Virus record (IMG/VR): IMGVR_UViG_3300045912_000206
Location: 1-36,498 of that record
Length of the DNA stretch: 36,498 bases
From: a virus
Lineage: Duplodnaviria > Caudoviricetes
Direction: 5' to 3' (one strand)
Position 1 is the first letter of the stretch. The number at the start of each line of letters is the position of its first letter. Positions 9,341-17,400 of this stretch are shown piece by piece. The notes beneath the pieces are model-generated. The model was given only the letters and a program-made list of their open reading frames with translations. It was not told where the DNA came from and did no database searches. The position numbers and the translations under genes are program-made.

Positions 9341-9846
9341 ACAATCAGAAGATCATCACCAACATCCTGAAGCACGAGGGCGGTGACAAGTTCACCGACC
9401 ACCCGAGTGATCGGGGCGGGCGCACCAAGTGGGGCATTACTGAGCGGGCCTATGGCAGTGACGTTCGCAACATCACCGAGGCTCAGGCCCGGGAGTTCTA
9501 CGAGCGCGAGTACATCCTGCGGCCTAGGTTCGACCGGATCGGTGACGACCTGCTTCGGTACCTAGTCGTCGACGCTGGGGTCAACCATGGGGTCCGGCTG
9601 GCTGCCAGATGGCTCCAGCGTGCTGCAGGTGCGGCCGAGGATGGGGTTGTCGGCCCCAAGACCCTTGCTGCGGTCAACGAGCAGGACCCCACAGCACTGT
9701 TCCTGCGGATCCTAGGCTACAGGTTCGTCCTGTGGGCTGACCTCGTTCGGCGTGACCGGTCGCAGGCGGCGTTCATTGCTGGCTGGCAGCGGCGCGGCGT
9801 CCACTTCCTTGAATTGCTGGCCGAGCAATGCGCGAGCCGCCGGTAA
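9337..9846 (+). CDS. Endolysin, glycoside hydrolase family 108 with peptidoglycan-binding domain
   Basis: HEGG…DHPSDRGG.TKWGIT catalytic motif, then DAGVNHG…A.RWLQ…DGVVGPKTL.A and F..GW.RR. Confidence 0.92.
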   Translation: MNNQKIITNILKHEGGDKFTDHPSDRGGRTKWGITERAYGSDVRNITEAQAREFYEREYILRPRFDRIGDDLLRYLVVDAGVNHGVRLAARWLQRAAGAAEDGVVGPKTLAAVNEQDPTALFLRILGYRFVLWADLVRRDRSQAAFIAGWQRRGVHFLELLAEQCASRR

Positions 9847-10142
9847 ACCCGCCCCGCTCGTGGAACTCCACGGAGTTCTGGCAGTCGCTAGGCGTCCAGA
9901 TTACGGCCACCATCGCCCTGTTCACTGAACATATTCCGCCCGACGTCTGGGGGTGGACTTCCGCTGCCATATTGGGGGTCTACACGACTAACCGGACGTT
10001 TCAAAAGAGGGTAGAATGGGACCATAGTAGCCACTCGGACCGGGATACTTCTTGGAACGAGCGGGACGACCGCTGGCGAGACCGTGACCACAACTCGGAC
10101 TTGGATGAATGGGACCGTTCAAATTCACGTTACCGACGCTGA
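9828..10142 (+). CDS. Probable holin
   Basis: Lies between endolysin and spanin. STEFW followed by two short hydrophobic segments and a highly charged C-terminal tail. Confidence 0.6.
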   Translation: MREPPVNPPRSWNSTEFWQSLGVQITATIALFTEHIPPDVWGWTSAAILGVYTTNRTFQKRVEWDHSSHSDRDTSWNERDDRWRDRDHNSDLDEWDRSNSRYRR

Positions 10143-10666
10143 ACTGGGGGCCGTACGCCGCCCTTGCCGTCGTGTCGTTCTTGGGCGGCTTTGGTGCAGC
10201 GTGGAAGGTCCAAAGTGACCGCATCGACGACGCCAAGAAGCACGAGCAGCTCGCTGTGGCGGCGCTCGTCAAGGAACACGAGGCGTACCGGTCAGAGCTG
10301 GCGGCTGCGGGTGAGCGCCTCCGGGCTGCTCAGGCCTTCCAGAGCATGCAGGTTGAGTCTGAACTTCAGGAGAGGATCCGTGAACTGCAGAACAGGATTG
10401 ACAGCACTCCTCCTCGCATTATTCGTGTCAGGGTGTGCGACGACAAAGCCATGTACGCCGGTCGCGACGGAGATTCTGGTTCCACCCCCGCCTTCGGTGA
10501 TGGTGCCTCCCCCCTCGGACGCGGAGTGGGACGCGATGTTGGAGGACGCTCTGAAATCATTGAACTCGATCTCAGTGGACTAGACGATCTCGTCGGGCAG
10601 GCGAAACTCGTCAGCGAGCGCCTGCGCGCCTGTCAACGCCGGCTGTTGCAGATGTCGCCACGATGA
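10109..10666 (+). CDS. i-spanin (Rz-like)
   Basis: N-terminal TM (YAALAVVSFLGGFGAAWKV), coiled coil, VRVC motif and C-terminal L.ACQ. It contains an embedded lipoprotein ORF. Confidence 0.85.
   Translation: MGPFKFTLPTLNWGPYAALAVVSFLGGFGAAWKVQSDRIDDAKKHEQLAVAALVKEHEAYRSELAAAGERLRAAQAFQSMQVESELQERIRELQNRIDSTPPRIIRVRVCDDKAMYAGRDGDSGSTPAFGDGASPLGRGVGRDVGGRSEIIELDLSGLDDLVGQAKLVSERLRACQRRLLQMSPR
10380..10583 (+). CDS. o-spanin (Rz1-like lipoprotein), embedded in +1 frame
   Basis: GTG at 10380 after CAGGAGAGG. MNCRTGLTALLLALFVSG-C is a signal peptide with lipobox, followed by a Pro-rich mature part (PPPPSVMVPPP); 67 aa. Confidence 0.85.
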   Translation: MNCRTGLTALLLALFVSGCATTKPCTPVATEILVPPPPSVMVPPPSDAEWDAMLEDALKSLNSISVD

Positions 10667-11031
10667 TCAAGTGGTTCTACAACATGCTCATTGCCGCGGA
10701 CTCTGACCCGCAGGCTCGGCTGTTCTACCACAGCGCGCTGTTCGTCAGCGCGGTCTCGTCTTGGGTCTTTGCCCTCTGGGCGCTCGGGTGGTTCGTGACT
10801 CCGGCATTTGGTACCGGCTTCGCCAGAGCGGAGCAGGTCGATTCGATCTACGTGTCGCTGCTTGAAGAGCAGCTCGTAGACGCGCGAATTCGCCAGTGCC
10901 AGTCGACGTCGGCGTCTGCTAAGCAGTTTTTCCTGACACGTCTGCAAGAGAAAGAGCGGGAATACGAGACGCGCGCAAAGCGCGGGTACATGCGGCCTAC
11001 ATGCGCGGAGGTTTTGGATGGGCCAGCCTGA
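10663..11031 (+). CDS. Membrane protein of unknown function after spanins
   Basis: 122 aa, ATGA overlap with the i-spanin stop. One long hydrophobic segment, then a soluble domain with two Cys. Confidence 0.65.
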   Translation: MIKWFYNMLIAADSDPQARLFYHSALFVSAVSSWVFALWALGWFVTPAFGTGFARAEQVDSIYVSLLEEQLVDARIRQCQSTSASAKQFFLTRLQEKEREYETRAKRGYMRPTCAEVLDGPA

Positions 11032-11554
11032 AGTCAAGTACTACGGCTTTGCCCCGCTCGAGGTTGCCGCTGGTACCGTGGTCGGCATCGAGAAAATCAG
11101 CCAGATAGTGGACGAATTGCGGCCACTCCACGCTTTGCACTACGCAGAGACTGAGACCTTGTACCTTGACTCCCCGCTTGACCCAGATTATGCCCAGTGG
11201 TCACAGCTGGAGCGCGAGGCCAAGTATGTCCTGTTCACTACACGTGTTGACGGGAAGCTGGTAGGATACTTGCAGTACTACGTTTACCGGGACGCTCATT
11301 CCCGTGGTTCCCTGATCGGTCGCGAGGATGCGTTCTTCCTGCGCCCGGAAGTCAGGGGGCAGGGGCTGGCCCCGAAGCTGTTGAAGTACGCCGAAGACAT
11401 CCTTGCGAAGCTCGGCTGCAAGTACATAGGCATGTCCTCAAAGGGACCTGTCGGTGGCCCGGATATCGGGCCGTTCTTGGAAAGCAGAGGATATCGCCCC
11501 GTGGCGGTGTTCTACTCGAAGAAGGTAGAGGGCTCGAACGATGTGCTGCAGTGA
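11018..11554 (+). CDS. GNAT-family N-acetyltransferase
   Basis: Acetyl-CoA-binding motif FFLRPEVRGQGLAPKLLKYAE, plus DGKLVGY and FLESRGY. Confidence 0.88.
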   Translation: MGQPEVKYYGFAPLEVAAGTVVGIEKISQIVDELRPLHALHYAETETLYLDSPLDPDYAQWSQLEREAKYVLFTTRVDGKLVGYLQYYVYRDAHSRGSLIGREDAFFLRPEVRGQGLAPKLLKYAEDILAKLGCKYIGMSSKGPVGGPDIGPFLESRGYRPVAVFYSKKVEGSNDVLQ

Positions 11555-12566
11555 TCCGCCTCCTCCGCCTGACCTTTCTGGCGTAGCCAACGCCAGCAGA
11601 GAGGTCGCCGAGATTCAGCGCCAGACGGCGCTCGACCAGCTTAAGTGGGCCAAAGAGCAGGACGCGATGAACCGAGAGGTCCTTAATCAGGTGCTCGGTG
11701 TTCAGCTGCCTGCGATGGAGGAGCAGGCCCGTATCGCCCGCGAGGACCGGCAACGGTATGAGTCCGTGTTCCGCCCTCTCGAGGACCAGTTCGTCACCGA
11801 GGCTCAGGAATACGACACCGCTGCCCGGCGTGAGCGGGAGCGGGCTTCGGCAATCGCTGACGTTAACCAGCAGTTCGACGCCCAGCGGCGCAACGCTTTG
11901 GCCCGGATCGAATCGTTCGGTGTGGACCCCTCGCAGACCCGCAACGCTGCTCTCGACATCGGCGTTCGCGTGCAGCAGGCCGCCGCTCAGGCTGGCGCTG
12001 CCACCGCTGCCAACCGGCGTGTTGAGGACGTCGGCCGGGCGCTCCGGTCGGATGCAATCAACCTTGGTCGCGGCTCGCTGTCCAACGTGGCTCAAAGCTA
12101 CGGCGGGGCCATCGGTGCGGGTCAGGCGGCGATTGGCGGTGCCAATCAGACTACTGGCACGTCTGCCGGCGCCATGCAGGGCGCGGCCACCTACTTCGGC
12201 GGGGCACTGCAGGGGTACGGCCAGCAGGCCAACATCCTCAATCAGGGGTACGCGAACCAGATGGCCCACTGGGATGCCGCGGTCGGGCAGAGGGCCGGTG
12301 TGCTTGGCGGTATTGGCACCATCATCGGAGCTGCCGCTGGTCTCGCTGACGGTGGCACGGTGCAGACTGACGGCACGGACGGTATGGTCGCGACCGGGCT
12401 GGGTGACGGCTCGGGCATCGACGACACCGTACCGATCATGGCGTCCGACGGCGAGTACGTCATCCCGGCAGATGTTGTGCGAATCAAGGGGCAGGAGTTC
12501 TTCGACCGTCTTGTTGCCAAGTACCATACCCCGGCAAAGGAGCAGCGCCGCATGGCGCTGGCGTAA
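11541..12566 (+). CDS. Internal virion / DNA ejection protein
   Basis: 341 aa, starts MCCSDPPPPPD. Ala/Gln/Gly-rich helical, with a hydrophobic GVLGGIGTIIGAAAG segment and a C-terminal ADGG…GDG…DD.VP…SDGEYVIPADVV motif. Confidence 0.7.
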   Translation: MCCSDPPPPPDLSGVANASREVAEIQRQTALDQLKWAKEQDAMNREVLNQVLGVQLPAMEEQARIAREDRQRYESVFRPLEDQFVTEAQEYDTAARRERERASAIADVNQQFDAQRRNALARIESFGVDPSQTRNAALDIGVRVQQAAAQAGAATAANRRVEDVGRALRSDAINLGRGSLSNVAQSYGGAIGAGQAAIGGANQTTGTSAGAMQGAATYFGGALQGYGQQANILNQGYANQMAHWDAAVGQRAGVLGGIGTIIGAAAGLADGGTVQTDGTDGMVATGLGDGSGIDDTVPIMASDGEYVIPADVVRIKGQEFFDRLVAKYHTPAKEQRRMALA

Positions 12567-12569
12567 CAC

Positions 12570-14486
12570 ATGCCTCAGAACCCGTTCGGCGCATTCGTAC
12601 AGGGCCTTCAGGGCGGCTATCAGTCGGCGGTTGACGCCCGTCGCGCCCGTCAGGAAGAGCGGCTTCTCGCCACTGAGATTCAGGACCGTGAGCTGAAGAA
12701 CGAGGGGCGGCTTGGTGCCGTCAACCGGGCACTGCAGCGGGCGGGGCTCCCCCCACGCGAAGGCGGCCGCGGGTCGCTTCCGCCGACCTACGGCGAGCGT
12801 CTGTTTGGGTGGCTGAAAAGCAAGGTTGCCCCCAGTGCCCCCGGCGCTGTCCCTTCGCAGACTGTGGCGCTTCCGGGGACGACTACTACTGACGGCATTG
12901 CTGTACCCGGGCAAACCATCGCCCTGCCTTCGCAGGCGGGCGACTTTCGGCGTGCTCTGCCGTACGCCGAGGGCGGGCGTGTTGATGGTGAGACCCTAGA
13001 AGACTGGAAGGCTCGCCAAGCCCGACGTGCCCGTGGTGAGCCGCCGCCTAGGAACCGCACCGCGGAGCAGCTGGAACGAGGGGCGGCCAAGCGGCCGGCT
13101 GACTTCACCAACGACACCACGACCAAGAAGTCGATGGGCTCCAAGGTCAAGGACGCAGTGAGGAGCAAGCTACCGGAAGGTAGTCGAATTGCCCGCGGCG
13201 GTGTCGGTGGTGCTGCCCTTCAGCTGGGGGCGCTTGCGCATCTGGCCAGTACTGGCGCCAAGGTCGCCGGCACCGACACGGAGGAGTACCGCAAACGATT
13301 CGGCATGGAGCTTGGCCCAAACGAGGATCCTACCCTTCTGGGGGATATCGGCGTACGCGCCCTCGGCACTGCCGATGATCTGACCTTTGGCCTTTTTCGG
13401 CCTGATCCTGACGCTGGTCAGCAGCCCCAGTCCGCTTTGCCTGTTGGACAGCAGCAGCCGCGGTCTGAGCCGCAGCCCGCCGCCGCTGGCGGCACTGCGG
13501 CCCTTGGTGTTGCACTTCCGAATCTGCCAATTGCCCCCAACCCACAGGCCGGCAAGCGTACTCTCAGCATGCTGGGCGAAAGCGCCGAGCCGATACCCTA
13601 CGACCAGATTCAGGTCTCCCCCGACGAGATCCCTCGCTACTCCACCATGGAATGGGCGAAAGAGCGCGAGGCTATGGTTGCTGACGCGATTGCAATGGGC
13701 AAGTCAGAGACGGAAGCCATCGACGAGGTTGACAGGACGGTGGTCAACATGCAGATGCGTGGCTTCGACCAGAACGCTCGAGCCGCGTTTCAGTATCTTG
13801 CCGCCGGAAACATCCCCGCTGCTACTCGTGCCCTTACGGTTGCGTACCAGTACTTCCCCAACGGTGCTGATGTGCGTTTTGGTGTTTATCAAGGGCAGCT
13901 GGTAGGCATGGGCTTCGACGAGCAGACCGGTAAGCCGGTCGGCAATCCGCAGCTCATTACCCCGGAGTACCTCGCCGCCATGATCGAGAACTTCAGCGAT
14001 CCGAAGGCGTGGCGTGTGTGGACGAAGGATCGGCGTGACCAGCTCATGCAGGACGAACAGCGGCAGGAGATCGACAAGCCGTTGGCAGAGTCGACAATGC
14101 GCCTGCAGGCCGCGCAGTCTTCTGCCGCTATCGCCAACGCGCAAGCGAATCTCATGGACGGCTCGGCCCGCCTTATCGCTGCCAATCGTGGCAGCGGTGC
14201 TGGCGGCGGTATTCGTCAGAGCGACATCAAGGCAGGCCTCGACTACTTCAGGAGCGAGACCGAGGCTCTTGATCTTAGCCCTGATACTGCCCCCGTTGCA
14301 CGGCAGCTGCGCAATTTGATGGGTCAGATCAAGACACTGTACCCTGACAGGACTCAGTACACTGAGGCCGAGATTGCGTCGCTGGTTATGCAGCACTACG
14401 AGAACGGCACGCTTGACCAGCTTGCCCAAGACGTGCAGCGCCTCCGTGCTTCTGGTGCCAACCGTACCGCTCTGCCGGCGCAGTGA
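12570..14486 (+). CDS. Internal virion / DNA ejection protein
   Basis: 638 aa, starting with a FGAFVQGLQGGY amphipathic segment. It lies between the other ejection-type genes. Confidence 0.6.
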   Translation: MPQNPFGAFVQGLQGGYQSAVDARRARQEERLLATEIQDRELKNEGRLGAVNRALQRAGLPPREGGRGSLPPTYGERLFGWLKSKVAPSAPGAVPSQTVALPGTTTTDGIAVPGQTIALPSQAGDFRRALPYAEGGRVDGETLEDWKARQARRARGEPPPRNRTAEQLERGAAKRPADFTNDTTTKKSMGSKVKDAVRSKLPEGSRIARGGVGGAALQLGALAHLASTGAKVAGTDTEEYRKRFGMELGPNEDPTLLGDIGVRALGTADDLTFGLFRPDPDAGQQPQSALPVGQQQPRSEPQPAAAGGTAALGVALPNLPIAPNPQAGKRTLSMLGESAEPIPYDQIQVSPDEIPRYSTMEWAKEREAMVADAIAMGKSETEAIDEVDRTVVNMQMRGFDQNARAAFQYLAAGNIPAATRALTVAYQYFPNGADVRFGVYQGQLVGMGFDEQTGKPVGNPQLITPEYLAAMIENFSDPKAWRVWTKDRRDQLMQDEQRQEIDKPLAESTMRLQAAQSSAAIANAQANLMDGSARLIAANRGSGAGGGIRQSDIKAGLDYFRSETEALDLSPDTAPVARQLRNLMGQIKTLYPDRTQYTEAEIASLVMQHYENGTLDQLAQDVQRLRASGANRTALPAQ

Positions 14487-14488
14487 CC

Positions 14489-17400
14489 ATGTCCGACATC
14501 CGCCGGCAGTACGAGAAGGACTTCGGCCCTCTCCGAGCACTTGACCCGCTCGAGCTTCCGCCCCTGCCCGACATTCAGGGCAGGGCGGATGCCCTCATCG
14601 AGCAGTACAGTGCCGGCGCTTCCCCGGCCGACCGTGGTCTGCCACCTCTTTGGGAGCTTGGTGGCGGCATCAAGCCCCGCCCGCCCAAGGGCGAAGGCGG
14701 CCTTCCTACTATGTTCGGGGCAGAGCTTGTTGGTGTTGGCGAGGCGTTGGCCGGTGCCGGCGAGTATCTGGTCGGACAGGGTGAGCGCAAGGCTCGTGAG
14801 GCTTTCCCGGGCGTTGTTCCGGAGATGGGCCTCAACACCCCGTTCCGTGCCACTCGGCAGTACCTTGGCAACATCCGTGAGGAGATGTACAAGACCCTCC
14901 GCCCGGAGGTTGTCGACCGCGTCTCTCGCGAGTGGACCACGCTTGACCCGACCAAGTCAGTGTTCCGGGTCGATGATCCGTTGGAGACAGCCGCCACTGT
15001 CGGTACGAAGCTGGTGCAGGCCGTCCCGTCGTCGCTTGCCACTTTGCTGCCGGCCATCATCATGTTCCGCATGGGCGCCTCGCCTGCGGCTATCAGCTAT
15101 CTCGGTGCGTCCGAAGCGACCATCTCGATGGGCGCCCTCGCCAACCAGATTGACGAGGAGGTGGCTGGTGCCCGTGAAGAGGAGCTGATGCAGTCTCCTC
15201 GCTACGCCGAGCTGCGCAGGACGATGACCGAGTCCGAGGCGCGTGAGGCCCTCGCGGCCGAGGCTCAGGGTGCTCGCCCGCTGCTTGCCGGCCTGATCGT
15301 AGGAGCTATCTCCTCCGCAGCTGGGCGTCTCTGGACACCTATTGTGGGGGAAGGTGCGGCGGGCACTGCGCTTCAGCGGCTTGGCCGGGGCGCTATCGCA
15401 GAGGCGCCGCAGGAAGCCTCGCAGTCGGCTGTTGAGCAGTACGTTCAGAACATCGCTGCTCAGACGTATGACAAGACCCGCAGCGCGACTGAGGGCGTCC
15501 TTGAGGCAACCGTTGAGGGCGGGGCGCTGGGTGGCCTTATCGGTGGTGGCTTCTCGGTGGCGTTTGGTCGCCGGCAGCGCCCGGAAGTACCGTCCGAGGC
15601 TCCGCCGCCGGGGGCTTCCACTGAGGACCCGGCCGCAGTCAACCGCGGTGCGCCCGGCGAATCGTTCGAGTCCGTGTTTGGCCCCACCCCGGGTGGGGTC
15701 CGCGTTGGACCAACCCAGACACAGGGCGACCTGTTCGCCTCCGGGCAGTCCGCCGCGGACGCAGTTGACCCCGCCGTCGCCGCCGCCCTGCGCGCCCGCG
15801 AGCAGTTCACCACACGTGTTGCACAGCCGTACGACCGGTCGGGTAACCCCACCGGCCGACCGGTGGTGCTGCAGGACTCTGGTGAGCTGCAGGCTGAGCG
15901 TGATCAGGCGGCCATGCGAGCGGCCGCTAGGGCGCAGGCTGAGGCCGAGCTGGCTGAGAGCAAGCCGAAGCCCATCTCCCCCAAGGCCCCGAAGGACGCC
16001 AAGGCCCGTGTCGCCGCCGCGCAGGTCCGCTGGCAGCAGGCCGTGGAGGCCCGCACCCAGCAGCTGTTGGAGCAGGGGCCGCAGATCCGTCCGCCCGCCG
16101 CGCCGAACGAGGCGCAGGTGGACATGTTCGCCGCCGTGCCGTCCCCCGAGGGCGGCTTCGAGCTGTCTACTCCCGGCCCGGGCACCGACCCGTATCAGAT
16201 GTCGCTCCGGCAGGGGCAGCTTGGCCTACCGCGCCCGCCGCCGGGGCAGATCACCGAGCAGCGCGAGCTGACCCAGCCCATCCCCGGCGGCACCATGAGC
16301 TTGCTGCCGCCCGCCCGTGGCCAGCTGCCGCAGCCGCCGCCGGAGCGCGACCTGTCACAGCCGCCCGGCGTCCTGCCTGACGAGCGGCAGATCGGGATCT
16401 TCGATCAGGCTCCGTTCCCGCGCCCTGAGCCAGCGCCGGTGACCGAGGAGCCGAGTGTCCAGCCCGTTGAGGAGGTAGCTCAGCCCGATGAAACCGCTCA
16501 GGCACCGGTCGAGTATGAGGTCTCCGTTGTCGACCGTGACCGGCAAGTCAAGTCACGAAAGACTTTCCCGACGCTTGCCGAAGCAGAAGCAGCTGCAAAG
16601 GATCTTCGGAGTCGAGCCAAGGAAACTGGAAATACTGTAATGGTCCAGCGGCGTCAGCGGTCTACCGCCGACGTCTACCGGCTTATCGGGCGCGACGAGG
16701 ACGGCAACGTGGTGGTGAATGAGCCGCACCCGGACTCCGACTCGGCGCAGGCCGCGCTCGCCCGGTACATCATGGACCCCGAGTTCAACACGGTGGAGTT
16801 CTCCATCGTGCCGACCGCAGAACTGCGCAAGCCGGCTGAGCCGGCCCCAGAGGTGCAGCAGCCCGACGAACCCACGGCCGAGCCGCTCCTTGACATCGAG
16901 GCCCAGCTTGATGACATGGAGGATGAGACCAGCGACCGTCTCGGGGTGTACTTGTCCCGGGACAACATCGACCGGCTCAACCGCGATCGTGCCTCTGAGG
17001 TCATCCGTGGCCGCGGCGTGCAGCTTGGTAACTTCGACGACAAGGGCGGCTTGCTGATTGTCCGCGACCGCCCCACTGCCGACATGGCCCTCGAGCTGAA
17101 GGCTGAGGGTCAGGACATGCAGGAGATCCTCGGTCTCCTCACACGTGCTGGAGCAGGGAAGCCACTCGCTGGCAGGTATGTCGTGCAGGAGCGCACGCCG
17201 GCCGGAGCTGTCGTTCGTGAGACGCTTGTTGGCACGTACGCAGAGGCCGACGCTCTTGCTGAAGAGATCGGTGAGCGGGCGGTCATCATCTCCGCTCAGC
17301 AGGCCCTCCGCCGCCGTGCCCGACTGATCGAGCAGGAGCGCAAGCAGCGCGCCAAGAAGCGGACCGAGACGAAGGCCCGTGACAAGTTCCTCGAGCAGAC

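Noticed and set aside
11352-14540. Long antisense ORFs (520 aa, 278 aa) over the ejection genes
   Set aside because: Same shadow-frame artefact; no recognisable domains.
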